A DNA stretch of 23,925 nucleotides from assembly GCA_043827405.1 (NCBI GenBank), contig JBDRPD010000074.1, positions 1 to 23,925 on the forward strand. Reading direction: 5' to 3'. Shown here piece by piece: positions 16,876-23,925 of this stretch (positions are counted from its first letter, which is position 1; every line of letters begins with the position of its first letter). Origin of the DNA: Elusimicrobiota bacterium (GTDB taxonomy: Bacteria > Elusimicrobiota > Elusimicrobia > UBA1565). A program made the position numbers and the translations under genes. The notes beneath the pieces are model-generated. The model was not told the origin of the DNA, did not search any database, and saw only the letters and a program-made list of their open reading frames with translations.

Positions 16876-17816
16876 CTTACCTTCAGATCACGCGGCGCTG
16901 CGACCAAAGCTGCCGCTTCTGCTCGAATCCATCCAACGGCCGCATGATCCCGCTGCGGCGCGCCAAGAAGTGGATCGACCGCTTCGTCAAGGAAGGCTAC
17001 GCCGGCCTGATCCTGACCGGGGGCGAGCCGACTTTGCACCCGGAGCTCGACAAGATTATTCGCTATACGGTCGACAAGAAGAAGGTCGCGGCGCGCGTCA
17101 TCACCAACGGTCAGAAGATCAGCGACTTCGCCTACCTCGAGCGCCTGCGCGACGCCGGCCTCCGGCATCTGCATGTTTCCGTTTACTCGCACCAGACCGG
17201 GATTATGGCGCAGCTGACGCGCCGGCCCAACTCGCTGCCGAATATTATCCAGGCCCTGGACAACGCGGCCGAGCTGGGGATGCACGTCGACGTCAATACG
17301 GTCATCAACCGCTACAACGCCGATCACCTGAGCCGGATCGTGGAGTGGATCTGCGGCCGCTGGCCCGCGGTGCGGCATTTCGTGTGGAACAATATGGATC
17401 CGACCATGAACCGGGCCAGCGACAACCCCGACACCGTGCCCCGGCTGAAGGACTTCGAGCTCGAGCTCTACCGCGCGATGAGCTTCCTTGAGTCGACGGG
17501 CCGCACCTTCCGCTGCGAGCGCGTGCCGCTGTGCTTCATGACGGATTTCGCCCACTGTTCAACCGAGACCCGCAAGCTGGTCAAGAGCGAGGGGCGCGCC
17601 ATCTACTTTCTCGATGAGAAGGGGATCAAGTTCCAGAACACCAAGGGCTTCTGGAATTACAGCAAGGCGCCCAAGTGCGCGCATTGTCCGCTGAACTCCA
17701 TCTGCGCCGGCCTCTATGAGATGGACACCTACTACAGCTCGGACGAGCTGTGCCCCGTTTTTGTGTCCAAGGAAGCGATCGTCGACCGGGTCCTGCGTTC
17801 TGGGGAGCAGGCGTGA
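16863..17816 (+). CDS. HxsC-like radical SAM protein
   Basis: 317 aa, GTG start after GAGG. Motifs CDQSCRFC, TGGEPTLHP, ITNG, RVPLC and CAHCPLNSICAG. Confidence 0.87.
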   Translation: MSELAYLQITRRCDQSCRFCSNPSNGRMIPLRRAKKWIDRFVKEGYAGLILTGGEPTLHPELDKIIRYTVDKKKVAARVITNGQKISDFAYLERLRDAGLRHLHVSVYSHQTGIMAQLTRRPNSLPNIIQALDNAAELGMHVDVNTVINRYNADHLSRIVEWICGRWPAVRHFVWNNMDPTMNRASDNPDTVPRLKDFELELYRAMSFLESTGRTFRCERVPLCFMTDFAHCSTETRKLVKSEGRAIYFLDEKGIKFQNTKGFWNYSKAPKCAHCPLNSICAGLYEMDTYYSSDELCPVFVSKEAIVDRVLRSGEQA

Positions 17817-19045
17817 CGCTGAGCTTGTTTTTCTACGATGCCCTGCTGCTTATGGGGCTTGTCATCTCCTACGAGGACTGGCGCGAGCGCAAGATCCGCA
17901 ACCGCTGGATCGTCGCCGGGCTGCTGCTGTGCGCCGGGGGCTACCTCTACCTGCTCGCCAACAGCGTGCTGGGGTATTCGAAGCTGCGCTGGATGGGGCT
18001 CGGCGAGTACTATCTGCCGTGGAACTTCTACCTCCTCGTGGCGGGACATGTGCTGCTGGTGATCATGACCGGCATCGTGAGCTGGTGGATGGGGCTGTGG
18101 CCGGCGGGCGACGCGAAGCTCTACATCGTCTTCGGCATCCTGATCGTGCTCATCGACCAGAATGTCCGGGGCTTCCCGTATATCGTTTTTCTCAAGCTGC
18201 TCATCAATATCTTCGTGCCGGCCGGTTTATGGATTCTGGCGACGGTTTTGCTGGGAGCGGTTAAGTCGCTGCCGAAAGTCGATTTTTCCAACCCGCGGCG
18301 CCGGGTGGAGGGGCTGCTGGACCGGGCCTGGAAGCGGGGGCGCGATATCTGGCCCTATCGCTACGGCTTTACGGTCTATCTGCTCAACATCTTCCTGCTG
18401 TTCTTCGCGCTCGATCTCCTGGAAGGACGATTCGCGGAATTGTCCTTTCTTAAGAACGCCTGGGGCAAGATCGTCGTGCTGCTGCTGATGTACGTGCTGT
18501 GGACGCCCGTCAGCCGGCTGCTGAAGGGAAAGCGCTTCTGGCGGACCTGGCTGCTCATCGCGGCCTGGTGGGTGTTCGATCCCGTGCTGCGGCAAACCAA
18601 TATGGCGGCGGCGGTAGCGGATACCATGGAGACCGTGATTATGTTCGGGGTCATCCTGACCTTTCTGCGCTCGGCGGTTACCCTCTTTCTGCGCTGGGAG
18701 AGTACGGAGAATATCGACGCCAAGGACCTGCGGCCCGGCATGATCCTGTCCGAGAAGGCTTGGGAGACCATGCAGGAATTCGGCCGCGAGCGCCGGGAAA
18801 ATTTCCCGCGCCGCTACGCCGACGGCCTGTTCCCGGAGGATGTGGAGCGGCTGCAGGAGTGGAAGATCCCGGATGCGGTGGTGACCGTCTACCGCGCCAC
18901 GCCATTCGCTTTCTGGGTGTTCTATGGGACCTTGATCACCCTGGTGCTGCCGAAAAACGCCGTCTACTGGCTGTTCCGGATCTTGTACGATCCGTCGGGG
19001 GCGGTCTATTCCTTCCTGCGGCTGTGGGGAATAGGGAGCGGCTGA
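17813..19045 (+). CDS. A24-family (prepilin/preflagellin peptidase-like) polytopic aspartic peptidase (~410 aa)
   Basis: I moved the start to GTG 17813 (GTGA overlap, GGGGAG RBS). The first Asp motif is SYEDWRERKIRN (Asp at 17876) and the second is WPAGDAKL (Asp at 18110). It has many hydrophobic segments, and the C-terminal DLRPGMILS...GL..EDVERL...ATPFAFWVFYG resembles FlaK-type peptidase C-termini. Confidence 0.75.
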   Translation: MTLSLFFYDALLLMGLVISYEDWRERKIRNRWIVAGLLLCAGGYLYLLANSVLGYSKLRWMGLGEYYLPWNFYLLVAGHVLLVIMTGIVSWWMGLWPAGDAKLYIVFGILIVLIDQNVRGFPYIVFLKLLINIFVPAGLWILATVLLGAVKSLPKVDFSNPRRRVEGLLDRAWKRGRDIWPYRYGFTVYLLNIFLLFFALDLLEGRFAELSFLKNAWGKIVVLLLMYVLWTPVSRLLKGKRFWRTWLLIAAWWVFDPVLRQTNMAAAVADTMETVIMFGVILTFLRSAVTLFLRWESTENIDAKDLRPGMILSEKAWETMQEFGRERRENFPRRYADGLFPEDVERLQEWKIPDAVVTVYRATPFAFWVFYGTLITLVLPKNAVYWLFRILYDPSGAVYSFLRLWGIGSG

Positions 19046-19049
19046 CGGC

Positions 19050-20042
19050 ATGCAACGGTTCGCGGATCTCAAGACCGGCTATGACTGCAACAACAACTGC
19101 GTGTTCTGCGTGCAGGGCGAAAAACGGAAGCAGCACGCGCCGTTGGCCTGCGCCGAGATCGAGCGCAAGCTCAAAGAGGGGCGCGGCCGGGGCGCCGAGC
19201 GCCTGCTCATCGCCGGCGGCGAGCCGTCGATCCGCGAGGACTTTCTGCCGACGGTGCGCGCGGCCCGCGGCCTCGGCTATTCCGAGGTTCACGTGCAGAC
19301 CAACGGCCGCCGCTTCTGCTATCCCGACTTTTGCCGGCGGACGATCGACGCGGGTGTGACCCACTATCATGCCGCGCTCCAGGGCTCCGGCGCGCCGCTG
19401 CATGACTATCTGACCGGTGCCGCGGGGAGCTTCCTGCAGACCGCGGCCGGCATCCGCGGCCTGCGGCGGCTCGGCCAGCGGGTGCTGACCGATACCGTTA
19501 TTACCAAAGCGAACTACCGCGACCTGCCCGACCTCGCGCGACTGCTGGTGCGGCTCGATGTGAACCAGGCGCAGCTGAGCTTTATTCACGCCGCGGGCTC
19601 CGCCGCCGCGGCCAAGGCCTGGCTGGTCCCGCGCTATGCGATGATCGAGCCTTGGGTCAAGGCCGCGGTCGACGTCTGCTCGCGCTCGGGAAAGACGGTT
19701 ACGACCGAGGGTATCCCGTACTGCTGCCTGCGCGGCTATGAGAGCTATGCGGCGGAGCTGATCATGCCCGAAATCGTGGTGTTCGACGCCGCCGGGACGA
19801 TTGAAGACTTGGCGCGGCACCGCGCCGAGAACGCCCGGGTCCTCGACGAGCGCTGCCGCGACTGCGCCTATGCCGGGGCCTGTGCCGGGCCGTGGCGGGA
19901 GTATCCGGAGCTGTTCGGCTGGAGCGAGTTCGCCGCGGTCCGGCGAGGGTGGCCGGCCGCGCCGGCGGACCAGCAGGCGGCCTTTGTCTGCGGCAAGAAC
20001 GGCCATATGCTCGAGCCCAAGCGGAGTGTCTGCCATGGCTGA
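19050..20042 (+). CDS. HxsC-like radical SAM protein
   Basis: 330 aa. Motifs DLKTGYDCNNNCVFC, AGGEPSIR, QTNGRRF, LHDYLT, EGIPYC and CRDCAYAGACAGPWREYPELFG. Confidence 0.88.
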   Translation: MQRFADLKTGYDCNNNCVFCVQGEKRKQHAPLACAEIERKLKEGRGRGAERLLIAGGEPSIREDFLPTVRAARGLGYSEVHVQTNGRRFCYPDFCRRTIDAGVTHYHAALQGSGAPLHDYLTGAAGSFLQTAAGIRGLRRLGQRVLTDTVITKANYRDLPDLARLLVRLDVNQAQLSFIHAAGSAAAAKAWLVPRYAMIEPWVKAAVDVCSRSGKTVTTEGIPYCCLRGYESYAAELIMPEIVVFDAAGTIEDLARHRAENARVLDERCRDCAYAGACAGPWREYPELFGWSEFAAVRRGWPAAPADQQAAFVCGKNGHMLEPKRSVCHG

Positions 20043-21360
20043 CAACGGGTACCGCAGCTACGAGAATCCGAACTGCCTGCCGCCGGACGTCCCCGGCTGG
20101 CGCAGCTTCCTCAAGCGCGACCGGTTTGCCCGCCACAAGTACCACTCGCTTATGCCCGCGCATCCCTGCGTCGACATCATGCACGGAGATCTGGAGTGCC
20201 GCTACACCCATCCGACCGGGGACGGCCGTACCGTCTCCTTTCTCAACTTCCCTTGGCTGCGGCCCAATCGCGAGTCGACGCCGGCGCCGTACCGGGTTCT
20301 GACCACGGATATGCGGGAATCCGACGTGGTCGCCGGCGCGTTGGGCAAGGCCCGGCGGCAGCTCCGGCTGGCGGTCGAGGAGATGCCGAAAGGCGCCTTC
20401 GTGCTGCTGAATTCCGCCTGCGTGCCGGACGTGACCGGCGAGGATCTGGAGACGGTCGCCCGCCCCTGGCGGGACAAGGCGCCGGTCTTCTACGAAAAAT
20501 CCGACGGCAAGGATAAGGCGCCGCCGCTGGTTTCCAAGATGATCGCGCTGGCCGGCCGGCCCGCCGCGGGCAGGCGAAAGAAAGGAGTCGTCAACCTCAT
20601 GGGCTGTCCTCCGGGCCGCGTGGAGAACGAATTGCGGGAGCTGCTGGCGGCGGCGGGGCTGCGCGTCGCCGCCTCTCTGGTACCGCTCCTGTCGCCCGCG
20701 CGGATACGCGCCGCCAGCTCCGCCTCGCTCAATATCCTGATGCCCAACCGGCTCTACGACGCGCTGTTTTATGAGTTGCTGCGGGCGGTTCGGCTGCCGA
20801 TCGTCCGGCCCCCGCCGCCCTACGGCCTGGACGGCACGACGCGCTGGCTGGCGGCGACGGGCGGCAAAGCCGCGGCAGTCAGGTCGCGCCGCCGCTGGGA
20901 AGGCGATTGGGGCCGGCTGCGCCGGGAGGCGGCCCGGCACCGGCTCGGCTTCATCGTCGATCCCGGCGAGCTCGCCGTGCTCTCCGATCCGGCCCTGAAC
21001 GCCGGCTGTCCGCTGCTCCCCATGAGCAAAGAGATGGGCTTTGGCGTCGATCTTCTGGTTTACGATCCGGCGGGGAAGACGGCGGGCGGGAAGGGACGGC
21101 ACCGGGCGCATTCTTTCGGCACGCCGGATGAGCTCGCGGCGCTGATCAGCGGACTTTCCTGCGGCGCCTTCTATTCGGACTGCTTCTTTGATGCCCGCCT
21201 GTCCCGGCGCGGGAAGGGGCAGTTCTCCCTGAATTTCTTCGAGGCCGGCTTTGCGGGAGGCGTGCGCACCCTGGAGCGCCTGCTGGACGTCTGCCGCCTG
21301 CCGTTTTACCGCCGCTACGGCCGTTACCTGGGACCTCATTATGAAAAGCAAGCCGGCTAA
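20035..21360 (+). CDS. Nitrogenase component 1-type oxidoreductase-like protein A (~441 aa)
   Basis: I moved the start to ATG 20035 (GGAG RBS at 20023-20026). IMHGDLEC, TTDMRESDVVAGA, LNSACVPDVTGEDLETVA, VNLMG, ELRELLAAAGL, PPYGLDGTTRWL and AGFAGGVRTLERL follow the NifD/K/E/N-BchN/B-CfbD motif order. Confidence 0.7.
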   Translation: MADNGYRSYENPNCLPPDVPGWRSFLKRDRFARHKYHSLMPAHPCVDIMHGDLECRYTHPTGDGRTVSFLNFPWLRPNRESTPAPYRVLTTDMRESDVVAGALGKARRQLRLAVEEMPKGAFVLLNSACVPDVTGEDLETVARPWRDKAPVFYEKSDGKDKAPPLVSKMIALAGRPAAGRRKKGVVNLMGCPPGRVENELRELLAAAGLRVAASLVPLLSPARIRAASSASLNILMPNRLYDALFYELLRAVRLPIVRPPPPYGLDGTTRWLAATGGKAAAVRSRRRWEGDWGRLRREAARHRLGFIVDPGELAVLSDPALNAGCPLLPMSKEMGFGVDLLVYDPAGKTAGGKGRHRAHSFGTPDELAALISGLSCGAFYSDCFFDARLSRRGKGQFSLNFFEAGFAGGVRTLERLLDVCRLPFYRRYGRYLGPHYEKQAG

Positions 21361-22645
21361 AAAGAAAATAAAGATCGGCCGCGACCTGAAGAAGTTCGGC
21401 CAGCCGCTGGATTATCCGTACCTGCTGGGCGTCTATATGGCGGTCAATGCCGTGCCCGGAACGGCGATCCTCATCGACGGGCCGGACTGCGCGGTCGGCA
21501 AAGCGGAGCATCTCTTCGGCAAGCATGACGGGCGCTCCACGCTTCTCGATTGCTCCGGGCTTAACCGCGTGGAATGTACCTTCACCGACGCCCGTAATAC
21601 CGCGCATTCGCGCGAAGCGGCGGTGCGCAAAGGCCTGCTGGCTTTGGCCGCGCGCGACGATGTACGGGCGGTGCTGCTGTCGTCTCTGCCGATGACCTTC
21701 GTTACCGGAACCGACTACCGGCGCATTCTGCGGGGAGCGGTGGAGCGGACGTCCAAGCCGCTGTATTTTGTTTCGCCGCGTTCGCTGCAGGGCGGCTACC
21801 TCGACGGCTTCGCCGCCGCCCAACAGAGCCTGGCCGAAGGAATCTCCCGGCCCCGCCGGCGCCCGGCCCGGGATAAAGCGGCGCTCGTCGGCTACCTTAT
21901 GGATCGCGGCGAGGAGGATCATCGCGCCAATCTGCAGGAGCTGCGGCGCCTGCTCGGCGCGCTGGGCGTCGATGTCGTTTCCGCGTGGTTTGACGGCTCG
22001 CCGTATGCGGAATTGGACGCCATCGGCCGGGCCGGTACGATCATCTCGCTGCCGTACGGCCGCCGGGCCGCGCGCGCCGCCGCCAAGCGGACCGGGGCGG
22101 AAGTGCTGGAGCTCGGCCTGCCGGTCGGGATCGACGGGACGCGCCGCTGGCTGGAGAAGGCCGGGGCTTTCTTCGGCGGCGCAAAGAAAGCGCGGCGCTT
22201 TATCGAATCCGAGCTGCGTGCCGTTGTGCCGCGGCTGGAATGGGTTGTGCCGCATTCGTTTTTGCATAAGCGGTTCTGGATTTCGGCCGACCCTCATATG
22301 CTTGCCGCGCTGACCGCTTTGGTCGAGGAATTCGGCGGACGCGTCGTCGGCGGCGCCGTCGTGGGAAGCGGCGTGCCTTCGGCGAAGCTGCTCGTTCGTC
22401 CAACCTCCGGGGCGCTCGCGGAAAGTCTGGGCCGGGCCTGCGCCGCGGGCGTCGACCTGGTGATCGGCGGCAGCGACGTCATAAAGCATGTGCCGCGCGG
22501 CGTGCCGGCGATCGAGCTGGGCTTTCCCTCATACTTCACGCATGCCCTGCATGCCAGCCCGACCATGGGTTTCGCGGGGAGCCTCGCGCTCATGGACCGC
22601 ATGGCGAATGCGATGAGCGCGGCGGCGTCGCCCCGGGGGGAGTGA
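21341..22645 (+). CDS. Nitrogenase component 1-type oxidoreductase-like protein B (~434 aa)
   Basis: I moved the start to ATG 21341. Motifs LIDGPDC, VTGTDY, ELRRLLGALGVDV, LPVGIDGTRRWL, DLVIGGS and IELGFPSY...PTMGFAGSLALMDRMANAM. Confidence 0.75.
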   Translation: MKSKPAKKKIKIGRDLKKFGQPLDYPYLLGVYMAVNAVPGTAILIDGPDCAVGKAEHLFGKHDGRSTLLDCSGLNRVECTFTDARNTAHSREAAVRKGLLALAARDDVRAVLLSSLPMTFVTGTDYRRILRGAVERTSKPLYFVSPRSLQGGYLDGFAAAQQSLAEGISRPRRRPARDKAALVGYLMDRGEEDHRANLQELRRLLGALGVDVVSAWFDGSPYAELDAIGRAGTIISLPYGRRAARAAAKRTGAEVLELGLPVGIDGTRRWLEKAGAFFGGAKKARRFIESELRAVVPRLEWVVPHSFLHKRFWISADPHMLAALTALVEEFGGRVVGGAVVGSGVPSAKLLVRPTSGALAESLGRACAAGVDLVIGGSDVIKHVPRGVPAIELGFPSYFTHALHASPTMGFAGSLALMDRMANAMSAAASPRGE

Positions 22646-23925
22646 TGGGAGACGCCAGCGCGATCCGGCGGCTGTTCGGGGCCGCCGCGCGCAGCCCCAT
22701 GTGGACGCGGGAGGGCGTCTTCCTGTATCCTCCGAAATCACTGTGGTCGCCGCTGCGCCCCGCGCAGGCGGCCGCCGACTGGCGCCAGCTCAAGCATGCG
22801 GATAATGATCCGGTCGGGCTGTATGTCCATCTGCCGGCCGAGACGGAGTCGATCGCGGAATTCTTCGCGCCGCGCCGGACGCATCCGTATATCGAGTGCC
22901 TGCAGAAGGAGGCGGATATCCTGCGCTTGCCCGCCGACCTGCCGCTGCGCACGCTGTATATCGGCTCGGGCGGCGCCGGCGTGCTCGGGAGCTTTTCGGC
23001 CGCGGACATCCGGACCTTGCTGAGCTGGCTGCGCCGCCGCTTCCGGCTGTCGTCTTTGCAGCAGGCGGCGGTCGAGGTCGATGCCGCCGAGCTGACGCGC
23101 GAGAAGGTGCGCGAGCTCAAGCGCGCGGACGTCGACCGCGTGACCGCCTTTTGCCCCGCGGCGGACGGCCCCGAGGTTTTTCTGCGCCGCCGCCGCTTCG
23201 CCGCCGGCCTGCGGCTGTGCCGCCGCGAAGGTATTCGCTATATCTCGATTGATCTGGCGGCCGGCCGGCCCGGAAAAACAGCCGGCGCCTCCTGTCTCGA
23301 CGCCGAGTTCGCTCTGTCGCTTAAGCCCGACGCGGTGCATCTCCATGACCAGAGCATGCCGGCCGCCGGGCGGACCATGCCGCTCGGCCGCCTGCAGCGG
23401 CTGGTGGCGGCGGCGCAGAAGGAGCGCGGTCCGGAGGGCGAGCCGAGCTCCGCGGCTAATAATCTCCAGCTGTCGCACGTATCCGCCCGCAGCGCCTCCA
23501 TCCTGGGTCTGGGCTGGAATGCCGTCTCCCATATCCGCGGGCGGCGGGTTTACGGGCATGCCGAGCCCTGCTTTAAATACGCCGCAGCCTTGCTTAATGG
23601 CCGCGCCCCGCGCTATACGGGGCATGCGCTGGATGAAGAGATGGAGATGCGTTCCTTCATCGTGCGCGCGCTCGAGGACACCGGGCGTTTGGACTGCGTA
23701 ACGTTTCGCGATACCTTCGGCCGCGAGCCGGAAGCGGCGTTCCCGCGGCTGTTCGGTCCGCTGCTGCGGGAAAAGCGGCTTTCCCGCCGAGCCGGGCAGC
23801 TGATAGTCGCCGCCAAGAGAGAGGAGGCGCGCTATCTGTGTTCGGTGCGGTTCTACGGGCGCGAGCTTCTGCGCCGGCTCGCGGCGGCGCCCGCGCAGCG
23901 GGCTCCGGATCCGGCGCACCGTACG
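22645..23925 (+). CDS. HemN-like radical SAM-fold protein lacking CxxxCxxC (3'-truncated by the window; absent from the ORF track)
   Basis: Translated by hand: ATG 22645 (TGATG overlap, GGGGGAG RBS), then 427 codons with no stop. MGDASAIRRLF...GLYVHLPAETESIAEFF...TLYIGSGG...EVDAAELTREKVRELKRADVDRV...SIDLAAGRPG...SILGLGWNAVSHI...EMRSFIVRAL...FRDTFGRE. Confidence 0.8.
   Translation, partial: MGDASAIRRLFGAAARSPMWTREGVFLYPPKSLWSPLRPAQAAADWRQLKHADNDPVGLYVHLPAETESIAEFFAPRRTHPYIECLQKEADILRLPADLPLRTLYIGSGGAGVLGSFSAADIRTLLSWLRRRFRLSSLQQAAVEVDAAELTREKVRELKRADVDRVTAFCPAADGPEVFLRRRRFAAGLRLCRREGIRYISIDLAAGRPGKTAGASCLDAEFALSLKPDAVHLHDQSMPAAGRTMPLGRLQRLVAAAQKERGPEGEPSSAANNLQLSHVSARSASILGLGWNAVSHIRGRRVYGHAEPCFKYAAALLNGRAPRYTGHALDEEMEMRSFIVRALEDTGRLDCVTFRDTFGREPEAAFPRLFGPLLREKRLSRRAGQLIVAAKREEARYLCSVRFYGRELLRRLAAAPAQRAPDPAHRT

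Noticed and set aside
20035..22645. Nitrogen fixation (nifDK/nifEN) or chlorophyll/F430 reductase assignment
   Set aside because: Most canonical cluster ligands are missing and no nifH, nifB, bch or cfb context is in the window. Only the fold-level similarity is supported.
22738..23919. 393-aa minus-strand ORF, the longest track entry at the right end
   Set aside because: It is the shadow of the unlisted + strand ORF starting at 22645, which has an RBS, a coupled start and HemN-like motifs.
1..23925. Mobile element, tRNA/rRNA, exporter or second precursor peptide
   Set aside because: No transposase, integrase, structural RNA, ABC transporter or other HxS-repeat ORF was seen. Such genes could lie beyond the window, since the operon is truncated.

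Overview
GC-rich bacterial DNA with every credible gene on the + strand. Positions 1-2467 hold three tandem, translationally coupled paralogues of an unknown Cys-rich protein family (the first is truncated; the two complete ones have N-terminal hydrophobic anchors). After a 143-bp gap with sigma70-like promoters, an apparent single operon of at least 18 genes runs from 2611 off the window end. It is a greatly expanded His-Xaa-Ser (Hxs) RiPP-type cluster. It begins with hxsD, a small HxsD-like gene, the radical SAM/SPASM maturase hxsB, and a 102-aa precursor ending in (HxS)7-HGAW. These are followed by nine more genes with intact radical SAM motifs (three tandem HemN-like, four HxsC-like, one HemN-like/HxsC-like fusion, one atypical), a TPR protein, an A24 prepilin/preflagellin-type aspartic peptidase, two nitrogenase-component-1-like proteins, and a Cys-less HemN-like pseudo-enzyme missing from the ORF track. 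The most striking observation is that the precursor leader has a Flp-pilin-like site (RFLTSEEG|KILKE) in an operon that encodes a prepilin-type peptidase. All family calls come from motif recognition by eye; no database searches were run.
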